Below are positions 36,839 to 46,946 of a DNA stretch of 64,000 bases, piece after piece. The translations under genes were made by a program, and so were the position numbers. Positions within the stretch are counted from its first letter, which is position 1. Every line of letters starts with the position of its first letter. Source of the DNA: a bacterium (GTDB lineage: Bacteria; Bacillota_I; Bacilli_A; RFN20; CAG-288); contig CAVFFP010000002.1 of the NCBI GenBank assembly GCA_963621825.1, positions 80,816-144,815 on the forward strand, written 5' to 3'. The notes under the pieces are model-generated. The model worked only from the letters and a program-made list of their open reading frames with translations. It did no database searches and was not told the DNA's origin.

Positions 36839-38442
36839 AAATCCTCCATTTTCTTAGAAGCAGGCACTTTTGGAAGGCCAGGCATAGTAAAGATATCGCC
36901 AGTAAGCGGAACGATGAACTTGGCACCGGTAAAGACACGATACGCTTTGATATGAAGCGGAACATGCGGCACATTGACAAGTTTCGGATCATCGCTTAAC
37001 GAGTTCGGAACCTTAGACATACAGCAATAGAAGTCGGAGACAGGTAGTTTCATGATTTCACGAAGTTGTTCTTCTGACTCACTGGAATACTCCACTGAAG
37101 TAGATCCGTAAATCTTAGTTGCAATCGTTTCGATTTTCTCTTTGATAGACATAGAATTGTTGACAATAGGTGCAAAAGCATCATTGTTTTTCTTATCAAG
37201 AAGTTCCATCGCCTTCTTTGCAAGATCGACACTTCCCTTAGGGCCATCCGTATAGGAAGTATTTAACGCATAGGGAATATGATGTTCTTCCAATAAGTCA
37301 ATAAGGGCATCCGTTTCTTCTTTAGTGTCAGTATCAAAGTGATTGATGCTCACTAGGCAAGGAAGATGATACAGCGAAACATTGCTTACATGTTTAAGAA
37401 GATTCGAGAAACCGATTTTGACAGCCACGGCATTCTCCTCCTTCATATCCGCATAGCTGACTCCGCCATGCAGTTTCAAAGAGCGAACAGAGGTTACCAT
37501 GACAATAAGATCCGGTGCTTTCAGCTGAAGAGGAGAAATGATATCCAGATACTTTTCCATGCCTAAGTCGGAGCCAAAACCCGCTTCCGTCACAACATAA
37601 TCGGCAAAGCGAAGAGCGGCGTCCGTCGCCAAAACAGAATTCGTACCATGGGCGATATTCGCAAAAGGACCGCCATGGACAAGAGCAGGAGTATGATACT
37701 TGCTTTGTACAAGATTTGGATAAAGTGCAGTATGAATCAGTTTCTTAATGGCAACTCTAGAGCTTAAATCCTTGACGTAAACCGGCTTATCATCTTTTGT
37801 ATAGCCAACAAGGATGTTCTCAACTCTATCGAGGAAATCCTCCTCGCTTGTGCATAAAGAGAATATAGCCATGATTTCCGATGCAGCAGTGATGACAAAG
37901 GATGAGGTGTGTGGTGTTGCCTTCTTATCCTTTAAAGCGACCTCTATCGTTCTCAATGAGCGATCATTCATATCCATCGCACGCGGGAAAACAATGCGTT
38001 CAGGATCGATGTCGATATTGCCTTGATAAAGTTCGTTATCGACTAGTGCGGAGATCAGATTGTTGACACTGGTAATAGCATGCATATCTCCAGTAAAATG
38101 AAGATTGATGTCATCCTCAGGAACAAGGATTTCCTCTCCACCACCGGTTCCGCCGCCTTTCACACCGAAGACTGGACCCAAGGATGGTTCACGAAGAGCA
38201 AGCATCGCATTCTTATTCAGGTAGGTAAGTCCATCAGCAAGTCCGATGGCAGTTGTCGTTTTTCCTTCTCCTGCTTTGTTCGGTGTCATTGCCGTGCAGA
38301 GGATAAGTTTTCCTTTTCGTTCCCTCTTTCCAGAAAGAGAGAAACAGTTGATCTTAGCCTTATCATATCCAAAAGGAATCACATCTTCCTTCTCGATGCC
38401 AAGGTTTTTCAGGATAGGTTCGATTTCATAATCTTTGTTCAT
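36835..38442 (-). CDS. fhs: Formate--tetrahydrofolate ligase
   Basis: TPNKAGEGKTTTAIGL P-loop; 535 aa. Confidence 0.92.
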   Translation of the reverse strand: MNKDYEIEPILKNLGIEKEDVIPFGYDKAKINCFSLSGKRERKGKLILCTAMTPNKAGEGKTTTAIGLADGLTYLNKNAMLALREPSLGPVFGVKGGGTGGGEEILVPEDDINLHFTGDMHAITSVNNLISALVDNELYQGNIDIDPERIVFPRAMDMNDRSLRTIEVALKDKKATPHTSSFVITAASEIMAIFSLCTSEEDFLDRVENILVGYTKDDKPVYVKDLSSRVAIKKLIHTALYPNLVQSKYHTPALVHGGPFANIAHGTNSVLATDAALRFADYVVTEAGFGSDLGMEKYLDIISPLQLKAPDLIVMVTSVRSLKLHGGVSYADMKEENAVAVKIGFSNLLKHVSNVSLYHLPCLVSINHFDTDTKEETDALIDLLEEHHIPYALNTSYTDGPKGSVDLAKKAMELLDKKNNDAFAPIVNNSMSIKEKIETIATKIYGSTSVEYSSESEEQLREIMKLPVSDFYCCMSKVPNSLSDDPKLVNVPHVPLHIKAYRVFTGAKFIVPLTGDIFTMPGLPKVPASKKMEDL

Positions 38443-39335
38443 ATGTTTCCTCCCTTTTTGTTCAGAACGGATTTCAGATATTCGTATATTTCTTCTTTCG
38501 TTCCCTTCTTGATGTCTGGGAACTGATTGCGTAAGAAGGTTCTCTGCTTTTTGGCGTATTGATGAGTATGGAGTTTGATGAGGTTCTTTACCTCCTCATC
38601 AATCGGTTTATTCTCCTCCATCGCAGTAATGATTTCATCATATCCAATGCAGTGGAAGGGACGCAAGTCCTTTCCATACTGATTAACTAATCGTTCCACC
38701 TCGGAAACAAAACCTTCTTCAAACATCTGATCAACACGTTTATCGATTTTCTGATTGCCTAAGTCTTTATCGATTTCCAATTGGAAAAAGGTCACCGGAT
38801 AGATCGGTTTTCCATCATTCGCTTTTAAAATATCTTCTCTTGTCTTTCCGGAATCTAACTGCACAAGGGCTCTGACAAGACGTCTTGGATTTTTATTGTC
38901 GATACTTTCAAAAGTTTTTTCATCTTTTTCTTTGAGCAATTTCTGCAGTTCTTCCAATGGAAGAGAATCATAATAGGACTGCTTATTGTTCTCTTCTCTT
39001 TCAAAGGAATAATTGAATAGGAGTGCTTTCACATAAAGGAAATTTCCACCGACAACCAAAACATCTTCATCCTGTTTCAGATAGGATTCTAGAACAGGTC
39101 TAATCTCCTGTTGGAAAAGGTAAACAGACATCTCATGATCCGGTTCATATTCATCCGTGAAATAGAAGTCTAAGCCTTCAATCTCTTCTTTCTTCGGCTT
39201 ATCCGTTCCGATCTGCATCATCTTAAAACATTGGAAAGCATCCGCAGAAATGACAGGCACATGAAACTCCCTTGCCAATGAAATGGCAAGAGACGTCTTT
39301 CCGCTTGCTGTCTGTCCTAAAATACAGTAGATCAA
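38439..39335 (-). CDS. miaA: tRNA dimethylallyltransferase
   Basis: IYCILGQTASGKTSLAISLA P-loop. Confidence 0.9.
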   Translation of the reverse strand: MIYCILGQTASGKTSLAISLAREFHVPVISADAFQCFKMMQIGTDKPKKEEIEGLDFYFTDEYEPDHEMSVYLFQQEIRPVLESYLKQDEDVLVVGGNFLYVKALLFNYSFEREENNKQSYYDSLPLEELQKLLKEKDEKTFESIDNKNPRRLVRALVQLDSGKTREDILKANDGKPIYPVTFFQLEIDKDLGNQKIDKRVDQMFEEGFVSEVERLVNQYGKDLRPFHCIGYDEIITAMEENKPIDEEVKNLIKLHTHQYAKKQRTFLRNQFPDIKKGTKEEIYEYLKSVLNKKGGNI

Positions 39336-41248
39336 AATCCACTCCTCCTGAAAATGCGTTCAATGTCATCTTTCGTCATTCGTATCATCGTCGGTCTTCC
39401 ATGCGGACAATTCGCAGGATTCTTACATTTTGCTAAGTCGCGAAGCAGTGCTTCCATCTCACTTAACGGCATAAGGTGATTCGCTTTGATCGACATCTTA
39501 CATGCGATATTCGCTATCGTAAGATGCAACAAGGACAAAGGATCACATGCCTCATCATTAAGACAGGCATGAACACAGTCCTGAATTACATTGTTCATAT
39601 TGCCTTCGTTGAGGAAGGACGGAATCTCCATCGCCTTTGCAGTATGAGATCCAAAAGGTTCCACGATGATGCCGACAGAGGCAAGACGTGCAATATGCTC
39701 TTCGTCGAAGTTATTCTCTTCCTTCGGAGTCAGATCAATCGTGATTGGGATAAGAGGGACAATACGGCTTCGAATGGATGCGAAAAGAGCTTCCGTTTTT
39801 TCAAAGTTGATTCTCTCCGCCGCTGCGTGCTGATCGATGATATAGAATCCATCCTTGGAATCACAGATGATATACGTATCCAATACCTGACCAATAGGAT
39901 GCATGTCAGGTAACTTATGCGAATAACCGATATCGTTGAAAATCGTATTGTAATAATCTACATGATCATAGTAGGCAATTGGTTTTTTCTCACTAGGAAT
40001 AGGTTTGACATCTTCTTCTATCATTTGTGATTTGATAGGTTCTTCTTTCTTCTCAACCATCGGAATATACGGAGCCTTAGAAACATATGTTTCCTGAATA
40101 GGAAGAGAATCTTGCAAGAAGAGAGGTTCCTCTTTCTTCTCGATATTCGGATAAACAGTCTCCTCTTCCTTTTTATCGTCTAATTCCAGTTCTAAGGGAT
40201 CATCATCTTTCTTTCCCATAAGCTTTTCGCTCTTGGGGTCCTGGCTTGCAAAGTATATAGGCTTTTTCATCTCCAAGGTCTTGGAGATTTGATTTTTGAT
40301 ATCTCTTGCAATCTCTTCTTCCATGGAGATTCTGACTTCCTTCTTTGTCGGATGAACATTGACATCAACTAAAGAAGCATCGATATCCAAACAGATGATA
40401 TCAAAAGGATATCTTAAAGGAGGAAGATAATCTTTATAGGCATCCTCTATCGCTTTATTGATCTTATAGTCATAGATACAGCGATGATTGAGGAAAGTGA
40501 GCATATCCTTTCTTCTGGAATAATTGATCTCCGGTTTTGAGATGAATCCCGTGAAGGAATAGGCAACGCCCTCTTTCTTAATCGGATAAAGGGATTGTGC
40601 AATTGTATTTCCGTAAATCTTCTGTACGCATTCTAATAGATCACCTCTTCCCGATGTACGGAATATCTCTTTTCCATCGATGACTAAAGAGAAAGAGATT
40701 TCCGGAAAACCGAGAGCAAGATGCTCAACCGTCTCAATGATACTATATGTTTCAGCTTGAGAGGAACGAAGATATTTCAGTCTGGCAGGAGTATTGAAGA
40801 AGAGGTCACTGATTTCAAAAATCGTACCTTTTCTGCTCGGCGCATCCATGACTCTCAATTCCTCATTCGGATTGGATTCCACTCTTGTTCCAACCCCCAT
40901 CTCAGAACAGGTCGTCAGAACGACGTGGGATACAGCAGCAATCGACGGAATGGCTTCGCCTCGAAAACCTAAAGTATGGATACGATTCAGATCGAATTCT
41001 GTTTTTATTTTGCTAGAAGCATGTCTTAAAAAACAGTGAATAGCATCATCTCTATCCATGCCAAATCCATCATCCTTGACAAGGATGGTTCCTTTTCCAG
41101 CATCTGTGATACCGACATAGATGTTTTTGCTATTGGCATCGATACTGTTCTCGACCAGTTCCTTGACAACAGAACTTGGTCTTTCGATCACTTCACCGGC
41201 AGCGATAAGGTTAGCCAGTTCCGGCTTCATCAATTCAATTCTTGACAT
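39332..41248 (-). CDS. mutL: DNA mismatch repair protein MutL
   Basis: N-terminal GHKL ATPase LANLIAAGEVIERPSSVVKELVENSIDA. C-terminal dimerisation/endonuclease domain. Confidence 0.95.
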   Translation of the reverse strand: MSRIELMKPELANLIAAGEVIERPSSVVKELVENSIDANSKNIYVGITDAGKGTILVKDDGFGMDRDDAIHCFLRHASSKIKTEFDLNRIHTLGFRGEAIPSIAAVSHVVLTTCSEMGVGTRVESNPNEELRVMDAPSRKGTIFEISDLFFNTPARLKYLRSSQAETYSIIETVEHLALGFPEISFSLVIDGKEIFRTSGRGDLLECVQKIYGNTIAQSLYPIKKEGVAYSFTGFISKPEINYSRRKDMLTFLNHRCIYDYKINKAIEDAYKDYLPPLRYPFDIICLDIDASLVDVNVHPTKKEVRISMEEEIARDIKNQISKTLEMKKPIYFASQDPKSEKLMGKKDDDPLELELDDKKEEETVYPNIEKKEEPLFLQDSLPIQETYVSKAPYIPMVEKKEEPIKSQMIEEDVKPIPSEKKPIAYYDHVDYYNTIFNDIGYSHKLPDMHPIGQVLDTYIICDSKDGFYIIDQHAAAERINFEKTEALFASIRSRIVPLIPITIDLTPKEENNFDEEHIARLASVGIIVEPFGSHTAKAMEIPSFLNEGNMNNVIQDCVHACLNDEACDPLSLLHLTIANIACKMSIKANHLMPLSEMEALLRDLAKCKNPANCPHGRPTMIRMTKDDIERIFRRSGF

Positions 41249-43800
41249 CAGTGAATCCTCTTTTTCACATTGATCAGGTAATTCAAAGCATCAAGAGGAG
41301 AAAGAGTCATCGGATCTAACTTCTTCAGTTCATCGAGAACCGGATCTTTCTTCACTTCCTCTTTCTTGATTTCGCGCACCTGAGAACGGTCTACGGCATT
41401 CTGCTTTTCCAAAGAGCTGAGGAGTTCATCCGCGCGGGCGATGATCTCATCGGGAAGACCAGCTAACTTTGCAACGTTGACACCATAAGATCTATCCATG
41501 CTTCCCTCTTTCATACGGTAGAGGAAAGTGACTTTGCCATCGCTCTCACTGACTTCGCAGTGAATATTCTTGACAGCGGAAATCTTTTCGCTGAGCTTTG
41601 TGATTTCATGATAATGCGTAGAGAAGAAGGTCTTAGCATGCACATGACGGACGATATATTCGATGATGGACTGAGCGATTGCCATGCCATCGAAGGTTGC
41701 CGTTCCTCTTCCAATCTCATCAAAGAGGAAGAGAGAATGATTGTCCGCTGCTTCTAAAGCTTCTGCGACCTCACTCATCTCTGTCATGAAGGTAGACTGT
41801 CCCTTGATCAGGTTATCGCTTGCTCCGATTCTAGTGTAAAGGGAGTCAAAAATCGGAATCGAACAACTGCTTGCCGGAACGAAAGAACCCATCTGAGCCA
41901 TGATAGAGAGAAGTCCGAATTCCTTCATATAGGTAGATTTACCACCCATGTTCGGACCAGTGATGATCAATACATCAGTAGAGTTATCCATATAATAATC
42001 ATTCGCAACAAAGAGAACACCAGGTGTTGCCTTTTCGATAATCGGATGTCGAGCATCTTTGATATCGATCTTATTTTCGCCATTGAAGGTAGGACGGATA
42101 TAGTTGTTTTCACTAGCAACATAAGCAAGGTCAAGGAAATAGTCTAGCTCAGAAACTGCATCGCTTGTCCTCTGAATCTGTGTCGTGAACTCCGATACCG
42201 TTTTTCTCAGTTCCTTGAAGAGTTTGTATTCCAGAGATACTCTTAAATCCTTAGAACGCAGAATCTTATCTTCCTGCTCCTTCAGTTCCTGTGTGATGTA
42301 TCTTTCACCTGTCTTCAAGGTCTGCTTACGAATGTAACCAAATTCCGGCTTGACTAGAGCGGTCTGTGCTGCCGAAATTTCAATATAGTATCCGAAAACG
42401 GAATTGTTACCGACACGAAGATTATGTATTCCGGTCTTTTCCTTTTCTTTGATTTCAAAGTTACTGAGCCATTCCTTAGCATCCGTCGTCAGAGAAATAA
42501 GTTCATCGAGCTGTTCATTGTAACCGCGTTTGAAGATATCGCCTTCCGTAATGGTGATCGGACAGTCCTCGCGTATTGCCTTCTCCAACAAGTTTAAAAG
42601 AGAGGAATAGTCTCCGATTCTGTTGGAGATATCCTCTAATTCTTTAGAAGGAATACGGGCTAAGTCTTCTTTGACCTTAGGAAGGATAGCAAGAGACTTC
42701 TTCAACTGAAGCAAGTCATGACCATTACAGTTTTCATAACCCATTCTTGCAATCAGTCTCTCCATATCAAAAATGCCGTTCAAGTCAGCACGGAGATCTT
42801 CTCGGACTAGATAGTTATTGACAAAAAGTTCCGTGATGTTCTGACGTCTTGTGATTTCATTCAGTGATGCACTCGGAGAAGTAATCTGCGATTTCAGATA
42901 ACGGGATCCCATCGGTGTCTTTGTCTGATTCAAAAGCCAGTACAGTGTGCCAAAGGTTTTGCCATCAAGCGATTTTACAAGCTCCATGTTGCTCTGGGCA
43001 GCAAAATCGATCTTCATGCTCTTTTTCTCCATCAGATTGATGGCAGGCTTGAAATAATAGAGATTGCGCCTTTCCATGTTCTTCAGATAATTGTAAAGAC
43101 GTGCTGTCGTTTCAATCTGTCTAACATCCGAAAGATTGACAAAAAGAGGTTCCGTCTCTAAATTCCTGGTTGTATCGTTAGAATAGGAGATGCAGATAGT
43201 GGAATTGGATTTGATATAAGTAACAAAAGCGGCGTCGATATTGGTAGGAAGAATCAATTCTCTGACATCCAAGGAGAGAAGTTTCTCTAGTACTCTTTCC
43301 TTTGAATTTTCTAAGGAAAGAACCTTCAGTTCTCCGGTAGAAAGATCCGCATAGGACAAAAAGGCCTGAAGAGGAGTCAGTGTAACCGATGCGATATAGT
43401 TGTTATCATTTCCAGTATAGTCCATATTGGCACCAGGGGAAATGATCTGAATGACATCACGCTTGACGAGCTTATTTGTCAGTTTTGGATCTTCTACCTG
43501 TTCACAGATGCCGACTTTGTATCCGCGGTCGACGAGTTTCTGCGCATAGGAAAGATATGCGTGATGCGGAATACCACACATCGGCATGAACTTGCCGTTT
43601 CCGCAAGACTTTCTCGTAAGGAAAAGCTGAAGCTCTTTGCTTGCTATCTCTGCGTCCTCGTTGAACATCTCATAGAAATCTCCGATACGATAAAAAAGAA
43701 TAATATCTCCATACTGCTTCTTAAAAGCGAGATATTGTTCGACCATCGGAGTAAAGCCGGAAGATTTTTCATCTGTCGTTGATTTTGCCATATTGTTCAC
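41248..43800 (-). CDS. mutS: DNA mismatch repair protein MutS
   Basis: TPMVEQY N-terminus. Walker A GPNMGGKSTY. 850 aa. Confidence 0.95.
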   Translation of the reverse strand: MNNMAKSTTDEKSSGFTPMVEQYLAFKKQYGDIILFYRIGDFYEMFNEDAEIASKELQLFLTRKSCGNGKFMPMCGIPHHAYLSYAQKLVDRGYKVGICEQVEDPKLTNKLVKRDVIQIISPGANMDYTGNDNNYIASVTLTPLQAFLSYADLSTGELKVLSLENSKERVLEKLLSLDVRELILPTNIDAAFVTYIKSNSTICISYSNDTTRNLETEPLFVNLSDVRQIETTARLYNYLKNMERRNLYYFKPAINLMEKKSMKIDFAAQSNMELVKSLDGKTFGTLYWLLNQTKTPMGSRYLKSQITSPSASLNEITRRQNITELFVNNYLVREDLRADLNGIFDMERLIARMGYENCNGHDLLQLKKSLAILPKVKEDLARIPSKELEDISNRIGDYSSLLNLLEKAIREDCPITITEGDIFKRGYNEQLDELISLTTDAKEWLSNFEIKEKEKTGIHNLRVGNNSVFGYYIEISAAQTALVKPEFGYIRKQTLKTGERYITQELKEQEDKILRSKDLRVSLEYKLFKELRKTVSEFTTQIQRTSDAVSELDYFLDLAYVASENNYIRPTFNGENKIDIKDARHPIIEKATPGVLFVANDYYMDNSTDVLIITGPNMGGKSTYMKEFGLLSIMAQMGSFVPASSCSIPIFDSLYTRIGASDNLIKGQSTFMTEMSEVAEALEAADNHSLFLFDEIGRGTATFDGMAIAQSIIEYIVRHVHAKTFFSTHYHEITKLSEKISAVKNIHCEVSESDGKVTFLYRMKEGSMDRSYGVNVAKLAGLPDEIIARADELLSSLEKQNAVDRSQVREIKKEEVKKDPVLDELKKLDPMTLSPLDALNYLINVKKRIH

Positions 43801-43821
43801 CTATGAAATAACTAACTAATA

Positions 43822-43847
43822 TTATAAGACATAATTATGTCTTATAA
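43822..43847. promoter_or_regulatory. Perfect 26-bp palindrome ttataagacataattatgtcttataa, 22 nt upstream of the mutS start
   Basis: Self-reverse-complementary, read directly from the sequence. Confidence 0.3.
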
Positions 43848-43874
43848 AACAAAGAAAAAGGGGACAGGCCCCTT

Positions 43875-44201
43875 TTATAAAATTAAATCATTCAGATAGG
43901 AAAGAAGAGACAATACTTCCTCTTTCAAGGCTTTGTAATTGATGACAAGAGGATCATTTTCATATTCAATCTGCAATTCCTTGCAGGCTTTGATGCATTC
44001 ATCTTTCTTGGCATCCTTCATATACTTGATACCCTTCTGAAGAATGGTTCTTTTCTCTTCTATTTCCTTAAGATGCTGATCTTCTTTTAAAGCGTCTTTG
44101 ATGATCTTGTATCGCTTGACGACATCAAGATCATTGAAGTCAGCAAGAAAAGCATCGATTTCAATTTGGATTTCGTCTTCACTCATCCACAAGTTCTCCA
44201 A
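43875..44201 (-). CDS. ricA: YmcA/RicA-like protein (UPF0342 family)
   Basis: Small helical protein immediately downstream of miaB, as ymcA is in B. subtilis. Followed by the terminator ggggacaggcccc (43860-43872) and a T run. Confidence 0.55.
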   Translation of the reverse strand: MENLWMSEDEIQIEIDAFLADFNDLDVVKRYKIIKDALKEDQHLKEIEEKRTILQKGIKYMKDAKKDECIKACKELQIEYENDPLVINYKALKEEVLSLLSYLNDLIL

Positions 44202-45627
44202 TCAGGGAATAGGTGTGGGATTCTAAGATCTTAACCTTTCTGATCTGTCCGACAAGGGAAGCATCTCCTTTGACGTGGACAAGTTTGTTATGAGGGTCAT
44301 ATCCAGAAATCATTTCAGAGTTCTTATCAGAGACTTTTTCGAATAAGACATCCACAGTCTTTCCGACAAATGTGGAGGCACGCTTTGTGGAGCATTCATC
44401 GATCAAATCCTTGAGGCGGTCAAACCTCTCATGCTTTGTCTTATCGCTGACTTCATCCTTCATACGATAGGCAGGTGTACCAGGTCTAGGTGAGAAGATG
44501 AAGGTAAAGGCAGCATCAAACTGAACCTCTCTGACTAAAGACAACGTATCCTCAAAGTCCTGGTCCGTTTCATTCGGGAAACCGACGATGATATCGGTAG
44601 AAAGGAAGACATCAGGAAGTCTCTTTCTCAGTTCATGAACGATATCGAGATACTGTTCTCTCGTATATCGTCGATTCATTCTCTTTAAGACGGCATTGGA
44701 TCCGGACTGAATCGGAAGATGAAGGAAAGGCATGATGTTTTTATGTTTTGCCATTACATCGAAGACTTCCACTTTGAAATCGGAAGGATAAGGAGTGACA
44801 AATCTGACACGCTCAATTCCGGTTTCGGCAACCTTCTCCAATAAGGAAGCGAAGGCGTATTCATCTCCGAAATCTTTTCCATAAGCATCGACATTCTGTC
44901 CTAAGAGTGTGACCTGCTTATAGCCTTGTTCCTTTAAACATCTGACTTCAGCAAGGATATCCTCTTCTTTTCTTGATCTTTCTCTTCCTCTTGTATAAGG
45001 AACGATACAGTAAGTGCAGAACTTATCGCATCCATACATGATATTGACAAAAGCAGTGACTTTGCTTTCACGGCTTTCATTGGTCAGATAGCTTTCCTCG
45101 ATGAGGTCGGAATTGGAACGGACATCGACAATGCCTTCATGATGAGCGACAACATCCTCTAATAAGGAGTAAAAGGATGTGATATTATTGGTACCAAAAA
45201 TAAGAGATACAAAATTGAAGTGATCCAATATGTATCTGACAGCCACCTCTTCCTGCATGACGCAGCCACAGACGGCAATGATTGTATCCTTGTTCTTCGT
45301 ATAGGTTTCTTTTGCTCGGCCTAATTCACCATAAAGATGATTCTCTGCGTTCTCACGAATGGCACAGGTGTTGAATAAAATAAAATCAGCACCATCAAAA
45401 TCCATTTGTTCTTTCATTCCTAATGAAAGAAGATAACCGCGGATGATTTCGGAATCACGTACATTGGCCTGACAACCGTAGGTTTTGATACAAAAAGTCT
45501 TTCCCTGTCCCCATGAGACAAGGAAAGACGTTGGTTTCATGATTGTATTTTTGTATGAGACCGGTACTGAACGATTCCGTCCTGCTGCTTTCTTCAAATC
45601 AGGAAGCGATACAAGACGAGTTTTCAT
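44179..45627 (-). CDS. miaB: tRNA-i6A37 methylthiotransferase MiaB (radical SAM)
   Basis: KTFCIKTYGCQANVRDSE (MTTase N-domain cysteines), radical-SAM CDKFCTYC, and a TRAM C-terminus. Confidence 0.9.
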   Translation of the reverse strand: MKTRLVSLPDLKKAAGRNRSVPVSYKNTIMKPTSFLVSWGQGKTFCIKTYGCQANVRDSEIIRGYLLSLGMKEQMDFDGADFILFNTCAIRENAENHLYGELGRAKETYTKNKDTIIAVCGCVMQEEVAVRYILDHFNFVSLIFGTNNITSFYSLLEDVVAHHEGIVDVRSNSDLIEESYLTNESRESKVTAFVNIMYGCDKFCTYCIVPYTRGRERSRKEEDILAEVRCLKEQGYKQVTLLGQNVDAYGKDFGDEYAFASLLEKVAETGIERVRFVTPYPSDFKVEVFDVMAKHKNIMPFLHLPIQSGSNAVLKRMNRRYTREQYLDIVHELRKRLPDVFLSTDIIVGFPNETDQDFEDTLSLVREVQFDAAFTFIFSPRPGTPAYRMKDEVSDKTKHERFDRLKDLIDECSTKRASTFVGKTVDVLFEKVSDKNSEMISGYDPHNKLVHVKGDASLVGQIRKVKILESHTYSLIGELVDE

Positions 45628-45635
45628 ACGATAGA

Positions 45636-45980
45636 TTATTCAGCAGCTTCTTCGTGCTTAGGAACGTCAGAAGAAACAGCGTTTTCAGGATCGAAATCAA
45701 CTTTCTTGATGTGAAGCATGATGGTAGTGACTTCTCTGCTTTCCTCGCTGGAGGGTTCAGAGAAATTCTGCATCATGAATTCAGGCTGAATGACGATATC
45801 AGATTTCTGCTCATCATCCTTCAAGAATCTTCTGGCGACGATGCAAGCCTTTAAAGCCTGATTCAAGGCAGAAGCTCCAACCAAAGAGACCTGAACGGCA
45901 CCTTCCTGACGAATGTTTCCGGCGATAGCTCCGGCTAACTTCTGGATTTGAGTGTTTCCACTAGCTTTTAATGTTGTCAT
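45636..45980 (-). CDS. spoVS: SpoVS-like protein with an acidic C-terminal extension
   Basis: LKASGNTQIQKLAGAIAGNIRQEGAVQVSLVGASALNQALKACIVARRFL parallels B. subtilis SpoVS. RBS aagagg upstream of the ATG at 45980. Downstream of ymdB as in B. subtilis. Confidence 0.7.
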   Translation of the reverse strand: MTTLKASGNTQIQKLAGAIAGNIRQEGAVQVSLVGASALNQALKACIVARRFLKDDEQKSDIVIQPEFMMQNFSEPSSEESREVTTIMLHIKKVDFDPENAVSSDVPKHEEAAE

Positions 45981-46139
45981 ATAAGAAAAACCTCTTTCAA
46001 ACATTATTATATACTTTTTGTATCCGTTTACAAGAAACAATGATTTTTCACCACTTTTTTCGGGCTTTTTTCGTGATTAGCGTTTCAAAAAGACGTTATT
46101 TTTTGTCAAAATACTTTTTTTGTCAAAAAAAGACGGCCT

Positions 46140-46940
46140 TTACAGGTCGTCTTCCACTATTTCGTTAATAAGTTTGAACTGCTCGACTTTTCCTGCCTCT
46201 TCATTGACATCGAGAAGAACGCCGTTGACAAGAATCTTGCCTTTTCTTGGTACAGCCATTGTAGTCGGCATTCCAGTCATGGTTCGATAGATAGAAGGAG
46301 CCTTTTCATCTCCTAATGAAGAATCATAGGCGCCATTCATGCCAACGTCGGAGAGGAAGAAGCTTCCTTTGGACAGACATTTTGCATCATTCGTCTGAAC
46401 GTGCGTATGCGTTCCGATGACAGCAGTGACTCTGCCATCTGCATATTCAGCCAAACATCTCTTTTCTCCTGTCGCCTCCGCATGGAAGTCGACAATATGG
46501 ATTTTGCAGTCCTCATCATTTACAGAGATGATGTCGTCAATGGCGTAGAAAGGATTTCCCTGTGTCATAGTAAGAAAGACACGGCCGAGAAGATTCGAGA
46601 CACGAATCTTAACACCTTTCTTTGTCGTAAATACTTTTGTACCGATGCCAGGACAGTTTCTATCCAGATTATAAGGTCTTAAGGCCTCCGTCATCTGCTT
46701 AGAATAATTGAAGCAGTCTGGAGTGTTATAGAAATGGTTGCCGCTAGTTATCGCATCGATACCATAGGAAAGGAGTTCTTTGTAATGCTGGAAAGAGAGT
46801 CCATGACCATGTGTCGTGTTTTCTCCGTTTGCGATAACAAAGTCGATAGAATCAGCCTCTTTATGAAGAGCAAGATATTTCCTGACTCCGATTCTTCCCA
46901 AAGGGCCGACAATATCTCCTAGAAAAAGAATACGTACCAT
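46140..46940 (-). CDS. ymdB: YmdB-family metallophosphoesterase (2',3'-cyclic-nucleotide phosphodiesterase)
   Basis: MVRILFLGDIVGPLGR N-terminus, GNHxxD-type motifs, and position after rny. Confidence 0.85.
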   Translation of the reverse strand: MVRILFLGDIVGPLGRIGVRKYLALHKEADSIDFVIANGENTTHGHGLSFQHYKELLSYGIDAITSGNHFYNTPDCFNYSKQMTEALRPYNLDRNCPGIGTKVFTTKKGVKIRVSNLLGRVFLTMTQGNPFYAIDDIISVNDEDCKIHIVDFHAEATGEKRCLAEYADGRVTAVIGTHTHVQTNDAKCLSKGSFFLSDVGMNGAYDSSLGDEKAPSIYRTMTGMPTTMAVPRKGKILVNGVLLDVNEEAGKVEQFKLINEIVEDDL

Positions 46941-46946
46941 AGATGA

